From: Octopus vulgaris
Lineage: Eukaryota
Assembly: GCA_951406725.2 (NCBI GenBank)
Contig: OX597816.1
Span: 114,700,001-114,764,000 of the forward strand
DNA length: 64,000 nt
Direction: 5' to 3'
The notes under the pieces: model-generated
What the model saw: the letters and a program-made list of their open reading frames with translations, nothing else
Database searches by the model: none
Told to the model about the DNA's origin: nothing
Program-made: the position numbers and the translations under genes
In this document: piece by piece, positions 13,941 through 27,144 of the stretch
Layout: each line of letters begins with the position of its first letter
Numbering within the stretch: the stretch's first letter is position 1

Positions 13941-14060
13941 AGGCGGCTAGCTGGCAGAATCGTTAGTCCGCCGGGCAAAATGTTTAGTGGTATTTCGTCC
14001 ATCTTTACGTTCAGAGTTTAAATTACGCCGATGTCGACTTTGTCCTTCATTCTTTTGGAT
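13941..14060 (+). mobile_element. SINE family D fragment (gtcgactttgcctttcatcctttcggggtcgat-type core)
   Basis: aggcggctagctggcagaatcgttag head and core shared with copies at 14900, 18117, 24535, 35510-36810, 62208 and 63545. Confidence 0.75.
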
Positions 14061-14062
14061 AG

Positions 14063-14167
14063 GTAACTGGTGAGGCTCGTGAGCGCGTTTGGCTGTTCCA
14101 GCGCATCAGCCTCGCCATCACCCGCGGCAACGTTGCAAGCGTACTGGTGTTTCTCAATAGCCATTAG
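14063..14167 (+). pseudogene. 3' end of a CRE-like (restriction-like endonuclease) non-LTR retrotransposon ORF
   Basis: Translates VTGEARERVWLFQRISLAITRGNVASVLVFLNSH*, matching the F/LxQR(I/L)S(I/L)AIQRGNAASVL C-terminal motif of CRE-clade elements. Confidence 0.75.
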
Positions 14168-14494
14168 AGAGGTTTCCTAGCACCCCCAACTTTTCAACCC
14201 AAGGTGGTAAATTGTTTTGTTTTTTTCATTTTTCTCTTTTTTCTTTTTATTTTTTTTCTTCTTTCTTTTTAATTTTTTCGATTGTGTTCTCTGTTTTGTC
14301 CAATTTTCTAATTTAATTTTGTAAAACGGTAAACACTGTGAAGGCAATATATACAACTTTGTATAACAGAGTACCATTTCAGTGTCATTGGAGAGAACAC
14401 ATAGAAAATTCCAAACTGGTTTTCGAATCTTGACCAGGAACCTAGGAAGTGATTCGCTTCCTACGGATTACAAGAGACTACCATCATATACTTA

Positions 14495-14880
14495 CGTACG
14501 TACGTCCGTCCGTATGTATGTATGTATGTATGTATGTATGTATGTATGTATGTATGTATGTATGTATGTATGTATGTATGTATGTATGTATGTATGTATG
14601 TATGTATGTATGTATGTACGTCCGTATGTATGTATGTACGTACGTCCGTATGTATGTATGTATGTATGTATGTATGCATGCATGCATGCATGTATGTATG
14701 CATGTATGTATGTATGCATGCATGTATGTATGTATGTATGTATGTATGTATGTATGTATGTATGTATGTATGTATGTATGTACGTCCGTATGTATTTATG
14801 TATGTATGTATGTATGTCCGTATGTATGTATGTATGTATGTATGTATGTATGTATGTATGTATGTATGTATGTATGTATA
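14495..14880. repeat. (TATG)n microsatellite with TACG/TGCA variants
   Basis: Directly visible. Confidence 0.97.
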
Positions 14881-15347
14881 AAGTGAGCTAGTATAATCAT
14901 TAGCACCCCGGACAAAATACTTAACGGCATTTCTTCCGACTCTTTATGTTCTGAGATAAAATACTGCCGAAATCCTTTCCCCGTTTTGTGATCGATGAAA
15001 TTAAACATCAATCAGAGTTGATGTAATCGACTAACACCCTCCTCCTCTAAGAAAAAATTCCTGCCTTTTTATTTGCCAACGGTCAAGAGTTTAGTATATT
15101 CAGAACATACTACGGTGGGGTGGTGTGGGGGTGTAAAAACAAACAAAAATAGATATAATCGCCTGTAGGGATTGAACCACGTATCTGTCCGACTGCGGTA
15201 ACAGCTGCTCAAAAATGACCAAATCGCCCCCCCCACACCTTCACTCCTTACCACCAAAATTAGCACAAGTAAACAAACCGGGAGCCAGTTACCATTGTTT
15301 ACCTTCGTTTGAATCACACAAACTTTAATGGTATTTTTTTTCTCTTT

Positions 15348-15388
<41 letters not shown>

Positions 15389-16764
15389 ATTCTCTCACAT
15401 ACATATACATATGTTTCGGGTTCTGTAAATTATATTTGTTTTTTAACCACCAACTGATTAGTAAGTTTTGACATGTGTTAATTTCGATCAGGTTTTTGCT
15501 ACATATCCTATGTATTCAACCACAAATAACTGTCATTATTGTTATTACACTGAGTGACATATAGCTGTCGTATTGCCAAAAGTAAGCTGATTAACTTGAC
15601 CTCAGTGCTGAGGTTAAATCGTAAGCTGCTTATTGTACGTAGTATAAACTACCTTGATCAATTGTTGATAATGTTTCTTCTCTTTAAACATGACAGAATC
15701 CATCTTAAACAAATATTGGTTCACATCGTTTGACGGGAGAACATTTAAATAATATATTGTATTTATATTTTGAATTGTTTTTCCTTTTATTTCTCGGTTA
15801 TTGGATTTCATATTGGAGACTGGCACGTTTAGGAACGAATTATGACTAAAATTCTTGAGATCCAATACATTGCATGATAATTTCATTTAGTATTTACGCT
15901 AAATTTCTAAAACTCATATCTCTATTCTAGCTGTTTCTAATAAAATATGATTTTGGATGTATTCAGTCCAAAAGTTTTAATAGTGTATGCGCGTGCGTTT
16001 GCACGTGCGCGTGTCCGTGTACATACTCGACTTAGAGAACCAAAGGCAGTGTCTATATAATCCTTTTTGAAGGACCTACATAACTAGAATGACAAGAATG
16101 AAATCTCGACACACGAACTGCTTTTATATCGAGTGGACAGAATGGATTCTCCTAAAAACACTCGATGACCAAATGAAATGTTAGTCCTAGTGCAGGAGGA
16201 CTATTACTCAAATTTAATTCCCATTTAATTTAATTTGGTAGCAAGGCGAAATTTCTAATACGCATCTATGTTCTAGCTGCCCAAATGAAATAGGTTTTAG
16301 AAGATATTTTAATTTATATATATATCTTCTTTATTGAGAACATAGTTGCAATCTCACACTTGAGATTGCATAGAAATTTAAGTACCATAAAAAAAAATGA
16401 AAATTTGAAATAATAGATAAAAGGGTTTTTTTTCATTACAATCGCAAAATGGAAAAAATACACTCTTTACTGGTTGATAAATCGGTTTAGCTGTGGCACG
16501 TTATGACTGCCCAAAATAAAATGTACCCGACATAGGTTTCCATTTTGGAAACGCACATACAGAGAAAAGGGATTTGTTGCAGATATACTAAGAAAAAGTT
16601 GAATGTTACAAGTATATAAATGCTACATTATAGAACTTGAACACAACCTTCTACACAGTTTATCGCTTATATATATCCCACTGTAGTTACACGCAGCATA
16701 ACTGTATGTATGCTTAATACATGTGAAACCTGCAAATGGATCGGCAGTGATGTTTGCCTTTTAG

Positions 16765-16892
16765 CTTACATACATATATGGAGCTGCATTCACGTTAAAG
16801 GATGTTCTCGATACAAACTTAATTGGAAGAATGAAATATATAGACGAAGTTGTTTTAGAGTTCTGCACTGGAAAAACTGCAATTTGTGAAAG
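16765..16892 (+). CDS. Candidate internal exon (128 nt), product unknown
   Basis: Acceptor tgtttgccttttag, donor AAG|gtgaga, open frame LTYIYGAAFTLKDVLDTNLIGRMKYIDEVVLEFCTGKTAICE in repeat-free sequence. No recognised homology. Confidence 0.3.
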
Positions 16893-17236
16893 GTGAGAAG
16901 TTTTGCTAACAATGTTAATCTCTCGATTGTTCTTAGTGTGAGTTCATAATGTCCTCTATTGAAATTGAGTTTGTCGCCGTTTTGCCTAACGTTACCTGAA
17001 AACCCGGTAAAAGTGTTTACTGGATAAATATTTTGTAACTGATTCGATGTAAAAGACGACTGGTTATCCGATAACTTTCAGCTGGTCTTCATACCTAACA
17101 ACTACTGTTAACGACTGCATAGATTTGGTTATAACTTGATCACAAAACTCCGACTGATCCAGAAAGTAACGAGGTAGATTTGGTCGTAAGTGAACTAGGT
17201 GAATTAGTTGATTAATCGAGAAAGATCCTGATGTAG

Positions 17237-17332
17237 GTTTGTGCTGGCGCCAGTTGGTCTGAGCAGGAAAAAATCTTACTGTAAATCTAATTATTTAAGT
17301 CCGCATCACAAGCAAACCACAAATATAATGAG
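17237..17332 (+). CDS. Candidate exon ending at a strong donor (GAG|gtaaga)
   Basis: Phase-compatible with 16765-16892 and open (FVLAPVGLSRKKSYCKSNYLSPHHKQTTNIM). The acceptor is weak; this could instead be a first exon ending ATG AG|gt. Confidence 0.22.
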
Positions 17333-18116
17333 GTAAGATATTCACTAAAACCTTGATACTTCTCAACTATTTCTTGCTTCAATAGAAACATTTTAGATAT
17401 TGTAAATAAATGATTTTAAACAATCTTTCCTATCCGTTTATTGCAAAAATATCTGATGGAATTGTAGAACACATTAATTTTATTATTAATATTAGACATC
17501 TTGTCAATTTGGCTATTTTATCCTTATAGTAAATCGGCTCACCAGAGCTTTTCAAAGCATCAAGTCGCATGACCCAGTTGTTGGCCGAACTAGTTGCAGG
17601 TATTGGTCGGTTTTAATAGTCCAATGGTGAGTTTACAACAAAGTTTGTTTCCAACGCGGGAAAAAAGCACTTTTTCCAGTGGAGCCTACCCATGGTAATA
17701 AAAACACTAGTTTCTCCTACTCTTGGTCCTTTTTCGACAAGCTGCCATTGACCAGATAACAGCCAGTCTCACAGCTTTCTTCAACCTCTTATCGCCCGTC
17801 TTCATCTTTGCAGCAACAGACATCAGATTACAGCCACATCATCAGACCCAGAAGAACTGAAATCATTTGAATACTTGTTCCAGTCTGTAGTATTAGCATC
17901 AATCCCTTTGGCAATCTCTTATTATTATAATGAGACGAATAAATCGTAGCTTTTTAAATTTATTCAAATCTTATCGTTCTTCTTTCCACACCACGTCATT
18001 ATAAATGGTGATTTATAAACCTCCGTTATAATAGAATTAATCAACTATGCCTTTTCGCCATAAATTGATGACTTTGGTACCTATATAAGATATCGTCATT
18101 TTTAGTATTACTGCAA

Positions 18117-18320
18117 AGGCGGCGTGAGTCAGAATTGATAGAATCTTTGCGGCATTTTGTTCGCTTTTATGTCCAGAGTTAAAATGTTGCCGAGGTCTTC
18201 TTTGCCTTTCATCCTTTCGGAATGGTGAAATAAGTACCAGTTGGCTATTGAGGTTGGTGTAATCGACTAGTGCCCTCCCTCAGAATTTCAGGCTTTGTGC
18301 CTATCATAGAAATGATTATT
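18117..18320 (+). mobile_element. SINE family D, decayed
   Basis: gccgaggtcttctttgcctttcatcctttcgg...aagtaccagt...gtaatcgact core. Confidence 0.75.
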
Positions 18321-19181
18321 ATTATTATTATTGCAATATTTCTTCTTGCTCATTACTTTCTGCACTCATATCCTGCTGGTGTTAGTCTTGCCTGTTACCT
18401 CTCTGTGGTCAGTAAAATAAAGTACTCAGGTAGTAGTTTCAATGTGATAGACTAACACCTTCTCCTCGAAATTGCTGGCTTAGAAACAATTACTATTTTC
18501 GTTTTCAAACTGCTAGGAACACAAGTGGTATTACATGGTTGTTCGTTCGTTTAAGTTAATTTTCCCAACGAAGGTAGGAATTTTTGACGTTCCATTTGTA
18601 GAAGATATTGTCAGAAGGGAGAGAGTATCGACATCTCTTCATATTCCAACTAAATAGGGGAGTTATATTGTCATTTTTCTTTATCGTTTGCTCGGTGGGT
18701 AGATAAACATTTTCAGACATGTCAACAAAACCGTTGACAGTTGAAAACGAATATGTGGTGATGTAGCCACTAGGGGAGGGATTATGACATAGCAAAAGGT
18801 TATGTCTGTCGGCTGCGTCAATGAATTTTCTTTCGAAAACGTAAACAGATTTTTTTCCTCAGAAAATTTCGATTAAAATTAGTAAAAAAGAACACGTAAA
18901 TATTGACGCTGCCAACATCATTGGCACCATGCAGCAATACAACACTATGACTAGAAATGGAATTGATATCAACAATAGAACAACAACATTAAAAGCGACA
19001 GAAACAACGATAATAGTACAAAGGAAGATGACAATGTTACAACCAAAAGATACAGTATCAACGAGAAAGCCTGTGCATGACCACTCACCCTTGTAGAAAT
19101 AGCAGCCACATATTCAGATCACGCCCTACTCCTGAAAAAGGTAAGTCTCGAAATGAATAATGTAATTGTAGATTTACTACT

Positions 19182-19213
<32 letters not shown>

Positions 19214-19301
19214 GCGAGAGATTACGAAGAAAAAAAGACGAAGACAGGTGGTGTACAAAACAAACAGATGTATTAGTATAACGCTCAGGAATAGAAAAAG
19301 T

Positions 19302-19337
19302 CTTTTACGTTTCGAGCCTACGCTCTTCTACAGAAAG
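19302..19337 (-). ncRNA. Minimal hammerhead-ribozyme-like motif (mutated core) in a Penelope-like repeat
   Basis: Minus strand reads cttt CTGTAGA a gagc gtag gctc GAAA cg TA aaag. Stems I and II pair and stem III is the palindrome ACGT; one core mismatch versus CUGANGA. Confidence 0.55.
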
Positions 19338-19400
19338 GGACACAGAAAAAAACAAGGAAAGAAAAAAGTGTGTTTAGTGGCTAACGATCTATCATGGCGA

Positions 19401-19440
<40 letters not shown>

Positions 19441-20669
19441 GGGATATACTACTTGTATATAAAAAAACTGACAGTTGAAACGTCTTCATCAGGGTTAACC
19501 TAGTGTTGAACAACATATGGAAAATGTTAATAATTTCAAGGAAACCAACAACAGAAGCAGTATCATCATCATTATCGTCGTCATCCTCCTCCTCCTCCTC
19601 CTCCTCCTCATCATCATCATCAGTACTAGCTGGAGCAACAATAACAAGGGCAGCACCAACGCAACAACTACATGAAAATCCATTATTTTGCCAGTTACTA
19701 GTTACTGGACTTAGTATCCACTTCAATTTGTGGATGGACCAGTAAGTTTTGGAAGTATAAGTTTTGCTGTGGAGATTTAAGATATAGCAAAGCCTAGAAT
19801 CAAAACCTTCACTGCTTTAGTAACTAGGAACAGACCACACTTAGATCAGGTGACATGCCTTAACTATCATCCAATCGGTTTGCAGATATATCACTCCATA
19901 TTACAGAATGTTCTGTCATGTTTCAGAGGTTCTTGTGTAAAAACCAGTTATAGAAGCATAAGTGTGTGAAAGCACAGCAGAGGGGTGAAAAGAAGTGAAG
20001 AGCAATGCACACAGACAACTAGACCTTTAAGCAGACAGGTTTTCTCTGTTTGCAGCTCAACCCTGGATTAAAGGAATCATGGATTATGAAAAACAGAGTA
20101 TTTTTCCCACCTCTCATATGAAGCCGTTCTTTTCTGTTATTAATGTAACTATGAAGTCTATTTGCTTCTGGCATACCGCAATACACCAACGGCAAGCAAC
20201 TGATGTAAATTTTGTAATATACTCCTGTAAAAATAAATGTAATTTAAACAGTGTTGGAATGGGTTTCATTATGGGACAACACGCAGTCTAACATCATGCC
20301 AATATATTGGCACCCACTTAACCAAAGCCGTAAATGAAACGTGCCTGAAATTGCCTCGTGTATCTGCTAGGCTAATTAATCATTAATCCATCATTAATCA
20401 TTGCTAATATTGTCTTTTTCATGCTGTATTATTTTTAATTAGATTTTAAATACTCACTGCTTTAAACATAGAAGCTCTGACTTAACTATGGCTTTTCATG
20501 CAGATGATGTCACTGAGTAATTTATTCAAAATATTTTTATATTAAGAGTTGTAGAGTGATACAGAGGACAGACTAAACAGTTTCCTGGGACAAACATGAG
20601 AAAATAGTTTCTAATTTCTAATCCCTTTCAGTTTTTCATTTTATTTATGCTGTGCCGATACATGTATAT

Positions 20670-21397
20670 TAGTGCTTCTCAAAGTATCTGATGTGGTGTA
20701 CTGGCATTATTTTTACCAATGTGCCAGGGACCGGTAATACTTCTTAGTAATGTTAATTTATACTGGAAACAATAGTATATGCTCTCTTTACTCTTTTACT
20801 TGTTTCAATCATTTGACTGTGGCCATGCTGGAGTACTGCCTTTAGTCAAGCAAATAGACCCCAGGACTTATTCTTTGTAAGCCTAGTACTAATTCTATAA
20901 GTCTCTTTTGCTGAACCGCTAAGTTACGGGGACATAAACACATCACCATCAATTGTCAAGCAATGTTGGGCGACAAAGCGATGTTGGGGGACCAACACAA
21001 ACACATAAACACACACACATACATACATATATATATACAATGGGCTTCTTTCAGTTTCCACTCACAAGGCTTTGGTCTGCCCGAGGCTATAGTAGAAGAC
21101 ACTTGCCCAAGGTGCCACGCAGTGGGACTGAACCCGGAACCATGTGGTTGGTAAGCAAGCTACTTACCACACAGCCACTCCTGCGCCTATATGTATATAT
21201 AATGGATATAATAAAGTTGACAATTTATTTTTATCAGGTATTTATTTTGTAAACAAATAATACAATATTACACAAGCATTTTAAAAGTATTTTGTAATCA
21301 TGTTATGGTTCTTTTTTTCTGGAAATTTGCCGTGTACTGACAGCTGATGGCTCATGGACCAGCACTGGTCTGCGGACCAACACTTTCAGTAGCACTG
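20670..21397. mobile_element. hAT (Charlie/MER5-like) MITE carrying a nested SINE
   Basis: TIRs tagtgcttctcaaagt / actttcagtagcactg; 8-bp TSD atgtatat / atgtaaat; subterminal ggtctgcggacc palindrome. Confidence 0.75.
20782..21187 (-). mobile_element. tRNA-headed SINE family A (full length)
   Basis: Reverse-complement homologue of 11927-12304. Confidence 0.88.
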
Positions 21398-22604
21398 ATG
21401 TAAATGGCACCTGTGCATCATAGTTGTGGTCACTTTTGGTGCCATTTACATGCCCACTTTGAGAATGGACAGGATGAAAAAGTCACTTAAACTTCAACAT
21501 TGGCTCCTGAAGTAAAAAGATGTGATTACCATGGATGGAATACCTTTAATCATAGATATGCTCAATCAAAATTGACCTAAATTTTAAAAACTACATTATA
21601 TAACAACATTTGACAAAATAAGCAAGTAGTTTCTAATTAGACTGAAGTATGTCTTTACTGGAATGCTGGATTTATGTGTGTGTGTGGGGGGGGCTCATCA
21701 AAATTTGATTGACTTTCCCGGGGTCATGAAATAAGTGTTATTGCATTAAGAAGAGATGGGATTCTGATATTTTTGGTTGGACTCTCCTTTTGAGTGTCAC
21801 AGTTTTACTCAAGATAAGGTGACTAGAGCTATTTGGCAAAAGGTTTAACAACAACAGAAGCAACAGCAACTGGAATGGCAACAATAAAATCAACAACAAC
21901 TACAACAAAAAAAAAAGCTATAATGTTTATTAAAAAAAGAAAAAGAGGTGAGTATGACAAGTAAAAAAATATACAAGTTTATTTATGAGATAAAGAAAGA
22001 GAAAAAACATTTTGTACATAAAATGCTCTTGCAAATTACGTAGAAGTCTTTCTTCAGAGAGAGGAAATCATTTAATAATTTTTATTACCATGCTTAATAC
22101 AAAAACAAAGGTAAAATGAAAATTTTTAATTGAATTACAATTATATGAAACAAAATTGATAAAATGGGAAATAAAGGACATGCCATGCTAGTGTATTTTC
22201 AATAAAACAGAGCCCACCTGCTTTTAATATCATTCATGTTTCTTTGTATACTAGAAGAGAGGAAGAAGAATAGTGAAGAATTATTAACATAGGGCAGAAG
22301 AAAAGAGACTATAGGAAAAAAAAAACCCCAAAAAACAGAAAAAATCAAATATAACCATTGCAGACAGGCAGCACAAAAAACAAGGAGGATTTTTAAATTG
22401 CAGACAAAAGCAGATCAAACCCATTTATGTTGGTATATATAATGTGTCTGCATAGCAGAGAATTTTATTGCATTCATACACATACACATACATGAACAAA
22501 CACACACACATACACACACACAAACACACATACACGTGTGCGTGTGTGTGTGTGTGTGTGTAAATATGTAAATATATATATATGCATATATGTGTATATA
22601 TTTG

Positions 22605-22641
<37 letters not shown>

Positions 22642-23672
22642 GTCTATCTATCTATATGTATATGTATATGTATATATGTATATATGTGTGTATATGTGTA
22701 TATGTATATGTGTGTATATATATTTATGTATATATTTATATACATGTACATACATAAATGTACATATATATAATGGCAGTGCACCAGCATAGTTGCAGCT
22801 CTTGGGCTGAAACTAGCAAAGAGAAAAAATATATGTATGCATGTTATGTATTTATATATATATAAATGAACATACATATATATATCTGTATGTATACATG
22901 TAGGGTGTGCTTGCATGCAGGCATGGATAGATAGATAGACAGACAGACAGATTGACAAACAGACAGACAGACAGATAGATCTATGCATAAGTACCACACA
23001 CTATAACAAATCACCCATTACATATAAATTAGGTGAAAAGAAGCTTGAAAATAAAGGAACAATTGAAAGATGAAAGAAAACCTGATGAGAAAAATTTTTT
23101 AGCAGAATCTGTTATGTCCCTGGAGCATATCACTAAATTAAATATACAATCTATATGAAAACCAAATGCTGTAATTTAATAGCATAATAGAAACACTGAA
23201 ATATATACAGATAAAGATCTCTCTAGTGTTTCTGTTAATTTCAGCGTATTCTTTATTATAGTAATACAATTATAGCTGGTTTTCTCTCAATTACTATAGC
23301 TAAGTTAGTGTAAAGGCATATGGGCAAATGGTTAGCAGTGTTCAGCTCATGATCAAGAGAGCATGTGTTCAATTCTTGTACTAAGCAGTGTATGATACTT
23401 CATTTCAAGTTAATCCATTTCTATTCAGCTGTAATGAGTACTTATAAGGGGGTCTGGTGCAATCCTCTCTTTCCCTCCAGTTGTTTTACATCCTAGATGA
23501 CCCACTGAGTCGAAAGTGAGGACATTAAGAGGGTATCAATAATAAAAGTATTGCTACCATTTTATACAATAAAGGTAAAATAATTACTTCATTAAGATGC
23601 ATCACCATATTTTGTAATATAAATTCCCCAAATAAAGCACCAATACGCAAAATTATTATTAACTTAATAACA

Positions 23673-24030
23673 AACAAGAGCTCTCAAAGAGTGCAAACCA
23701 CCACCAAGGCAACACCAATGTCCTCTCAATGATTAGCCAGAGATGATTTTTAAAATGCGAATATCTGGAATAAACTCAGCTGCTCTCACAAACGACAATA
23801 CAAAAAATGAACCCAACTACTCTCAAAAATTAAGCAAAAAAAAAAAAGGTAAAATAATCCAAAATCCTTGTCTGGTACCTGATCAATCTTATCAGTTTGT
23901 GCCAGTCACGAGGTCAAACATCCCTGAAAGCGTCATCTGAATCCATCCAGCAGTTCTTGAGATGTTTATGGACAAACAAACAAACAATGATGACTGAAAA
24001 CTATACTTCTGCATTCGTTAAGGAGAACAT
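23673..24030 (+). mobile_element. Probable non-autonomous Helentron/DINE-1-like element
   Basis: Starts aacaagagctctcaaagagtgcaaaccaccaccaagg; core aatccatccagcagttcttgagat...ggacaaacaaacaaac...gaaaactatacttc resembles widespread HINE architecture. Confidence 0.5.
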
Positions 24031-24124
24031 AATAAGTCTGAAGTATGATGCATGTTTCCAAGTCATACTCACTCATTAGCTAACTCACTCGTCATAAAAT
24101 TCTATTAATATACCTGTTTTTTTT

Positions 24125-24945
24125 TTTGTTTTACTTACTTCAGTCATTGGTCTGTGACCATGCTGAGGCACTGCCTTGAAAGGTTTTAGTTGAACAGATT
24201 TACCCTGTCTCCCCAGGACTTATTTCTCAAGTCTGATATTTATTCAATTAGTCCTTTAAACTGAACCTCTAAGATATGGGGATATAGACAAACAAACATA
24301 AATACACACGTATGCAAATACACACACATGCACACACACACATACCTGCACACATGCACACAAACAATGCACACATGCACAGATACGAGCACATGCACAC
24401 ACATGCAATATGCATCCACTCACATGTACATGCACACACACATGCACATGCATACATACCTCCATACATGCAAATACACATACACGCACACACACACACT
24501 CATATTCACATATTGGGCTTCTTTCAGTTTCTTATTTCTTAACTGCCGACAAGGGTCTACACACAGAGGGGACAAACAAGGACAGACAAATGTATTAAGT
24601 TGATTATATCAACCCCCAGTGCGTAACTGGTACTTATTTAATCAACCCTGAAAGGATGAAAAGCAAAGTTGACCTCGGCAGAATTTGAACTCAGAACATA
24701 GCGGCAGACTAAATACCGCTAAGCATTTCGCCCAGTGTGCTAACGTTTCTGCCAGCTCACCGCCTCTCTTTTTTTCTTTTTTTTTTCCAGTTTCTTTCAG
24801 TTTCTGCCAACTCAATTCACTAAGAAGGCTTTGGTCAGTCTGGAGCTATAGCAGAAGACACTTTACCAAGATGCTGCACAATAGGACTGAATCCAGGACC
24901 ACATGGTTGAGAAGCAAGCTTCTTACCACGTAACCACACCTACAT
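24125..24945 (-). mobile_element. Decayed SINE A interrupted by SINE D (24535-24765)
   Basis: SINE A tail at 24125-24300 and head at 24790-24945, with an intervening D copy. Confidence 0.72.
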
Positions 24946-26509
24946 CTATGCCACATCTGCACAATTTTAAGCATTGGTTAATTGGTTATAATTAGCTGAA
25001 TGTAGGAATCACCTTTTAATAAACAAGATATAAAGATGATTAACTGAAAGTCCCACTTCACTTATATTTCTGATATGGCCCTCACCGAAAATCATGTACA
25101 GAGGGATTGAAAAGTAACCCCCTATTTTAAAATAGGGGTGACTGTGTAGCAAATAGCTTGCTTACTAACCACATGGTTCCAGGTTCAGTCACACTGCATG
25201 GCACCTTGGGCAAGTGTCTTCTACTATAGCCTTGGATTGACCAAGACCTTGTGGGTGGATTTAGTAGCTTTGAGGTTTCAACATTGTAGGGTAGGTGTGA
25301 GAGCCTGGATCTGGTCAATATGAACATACAACAGATGGAATATTTCAGCCAGATATGGCCAGCTTAAATGTTTAAGGGGCTAAAGGATGAAAAGTACTAT
25401 CAACCTCAGCAGAATTTAAACTCAGAACATACAGATGGAGGAAATGCTGCTAAGCAATTTGCCCAGCATGCTAGCAATTCCACCAGATTGCTTCTTCTGT
25501 ATTAGAATCTACTTTAGCTACAATACTAGATTGGCGTAATTGGTAGAGCGTCATACATGGAACTTAGTTATGTCCATTGAAGATCTGAGTTCAAATACTT
25601 CTCATTCCAGTGTGACTTGCCTTCCAACAGTCAGTAACTAATAAAATATTTCTTGATAATTTTTTTCATTAATATCTGGTATCTTACTTAGACAAAATAC
25701 CAATTCTTGTTGGGAGAGATTCCAGTTGCTTAAATACATTACCTGTTATGTAAGTGTGGAGGTCAATAAATCTGACTTTTCAAATTTCCTCAAAATACAT
25801 GGTTTTGTACTTATGTTACAAGTTCTTATCACCCAAACTATTTTATATTGGATTGGATTAAAAATATTTCACCTTCTTCTTCTTCTTCTTCTTCTTCTTC
25901 TTCTTTCATTTCTGTTTATTGTTGTTGATGTTGTTGTTGTTCTTCTTCATTTAGTTGTCATTCTTTTCCTTTCATTTCTGTTATCGTTGTTCTTCTTCAT
26001 CATCTTCCTTTTCTTCCTCTTCTTCCCCCACTCCTCCCCTTCCTCCTCACATCCTTCTCCTCCTCCCACCCCTGCTATATCCAGATCAATAAGACATGTA
26101 ATACAAATATCCACCTTGCAATAGAATATACCTTTAATTAAACCTTTCTTTATCTGACACTTCTTTTTCACTCTACTTATTCCTCTTTTCCTGGCCCTTT
26201 TTCACATCTCCGCCCCCAAATTACCCCTGTGTATCATTGTATGTTATCTATAGCATGATTTACACCAGTGAATGTGATCAAATTAAACTTGTTTCTCAAT
26301 TTTTTTTCTAAAAGTCAAAATAACATCAGTTTGAAATGCTCAAAATTTCAACTCCATTGATATTACGGCTTACATACATACACACATACATTCATACATA
26401 CACACATACATTCATACATACATACATACATACATACATACATACATACATACATACACATATTCATGCACACACACGCACACACACACAACACACACAT
26501 ACTGTATTT

Positions 26510-26540
<31 letters not shown>

Positions 26541-26718
26541 CGCATGTGTGTATAGACAGATAAATATACAGATATAGGTATATATGTAAATATATATAAA
26601 CATAGATATATATGTGTATGTATATGTGTGTATGTGTGTGTATAAATGCATGTATGTATGTAAGCCGTAATATACATGTACACACAAGCACACACATATG
26701 TATGTAAGTATGTATGTA

Positions 26719-26757
<39 letters not shown>

Positions 26758-26974
26758 GTCCTGTGGTATGGGCATAGTTGTGTGGTTAAGAAGTTTGCTT
26801 CCCATACAAATGGCTGTTGGTTCAATCCCACTGCATGGCACCTTGGACCAAGTATCCTCTACTAGTGACCTGAGCCAATCAAATCCAAATGAGTAGATAT
26901 GGTAGATGGAAAATGAAAGAAGCCCATTAGACGTATCTATCTATTCATCTGTCTGTCTGTGGATATACATATAT

Positions 26975-27135
26975 CATCATCATCATCATTGTCATTTAAC
27001 GTCTGCTTTCCATGCTGGCATGGGTTAGACAGTTTGACTGGAACTGGTAAACTGGAGGGCTGCACCAGGTTTCAGTCTGATTTGGCATGGTTTCTATAAC
27101 TGGATGCCCTTCTTATGCTAACCACTCCAACAGTG
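26975..27135 (-). mobile_element. RTE-type 3' tail element ((ATG)n tail)
   Basis: catcatcatt...tttaacgtctgctttccatgctggcatggg...ctggatgcccttctta; same family at 34300, 37630, 49590, 49790, 54470 and 61536. Confidence 0.7.
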
Positions 27136-27144
27136 TATGTATAT

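Noticed and set aside
19469-19495. CTGATGA on the minus strand as another hammerhead
   Set aside because: No stem II or GAAA in the correct downstream position.
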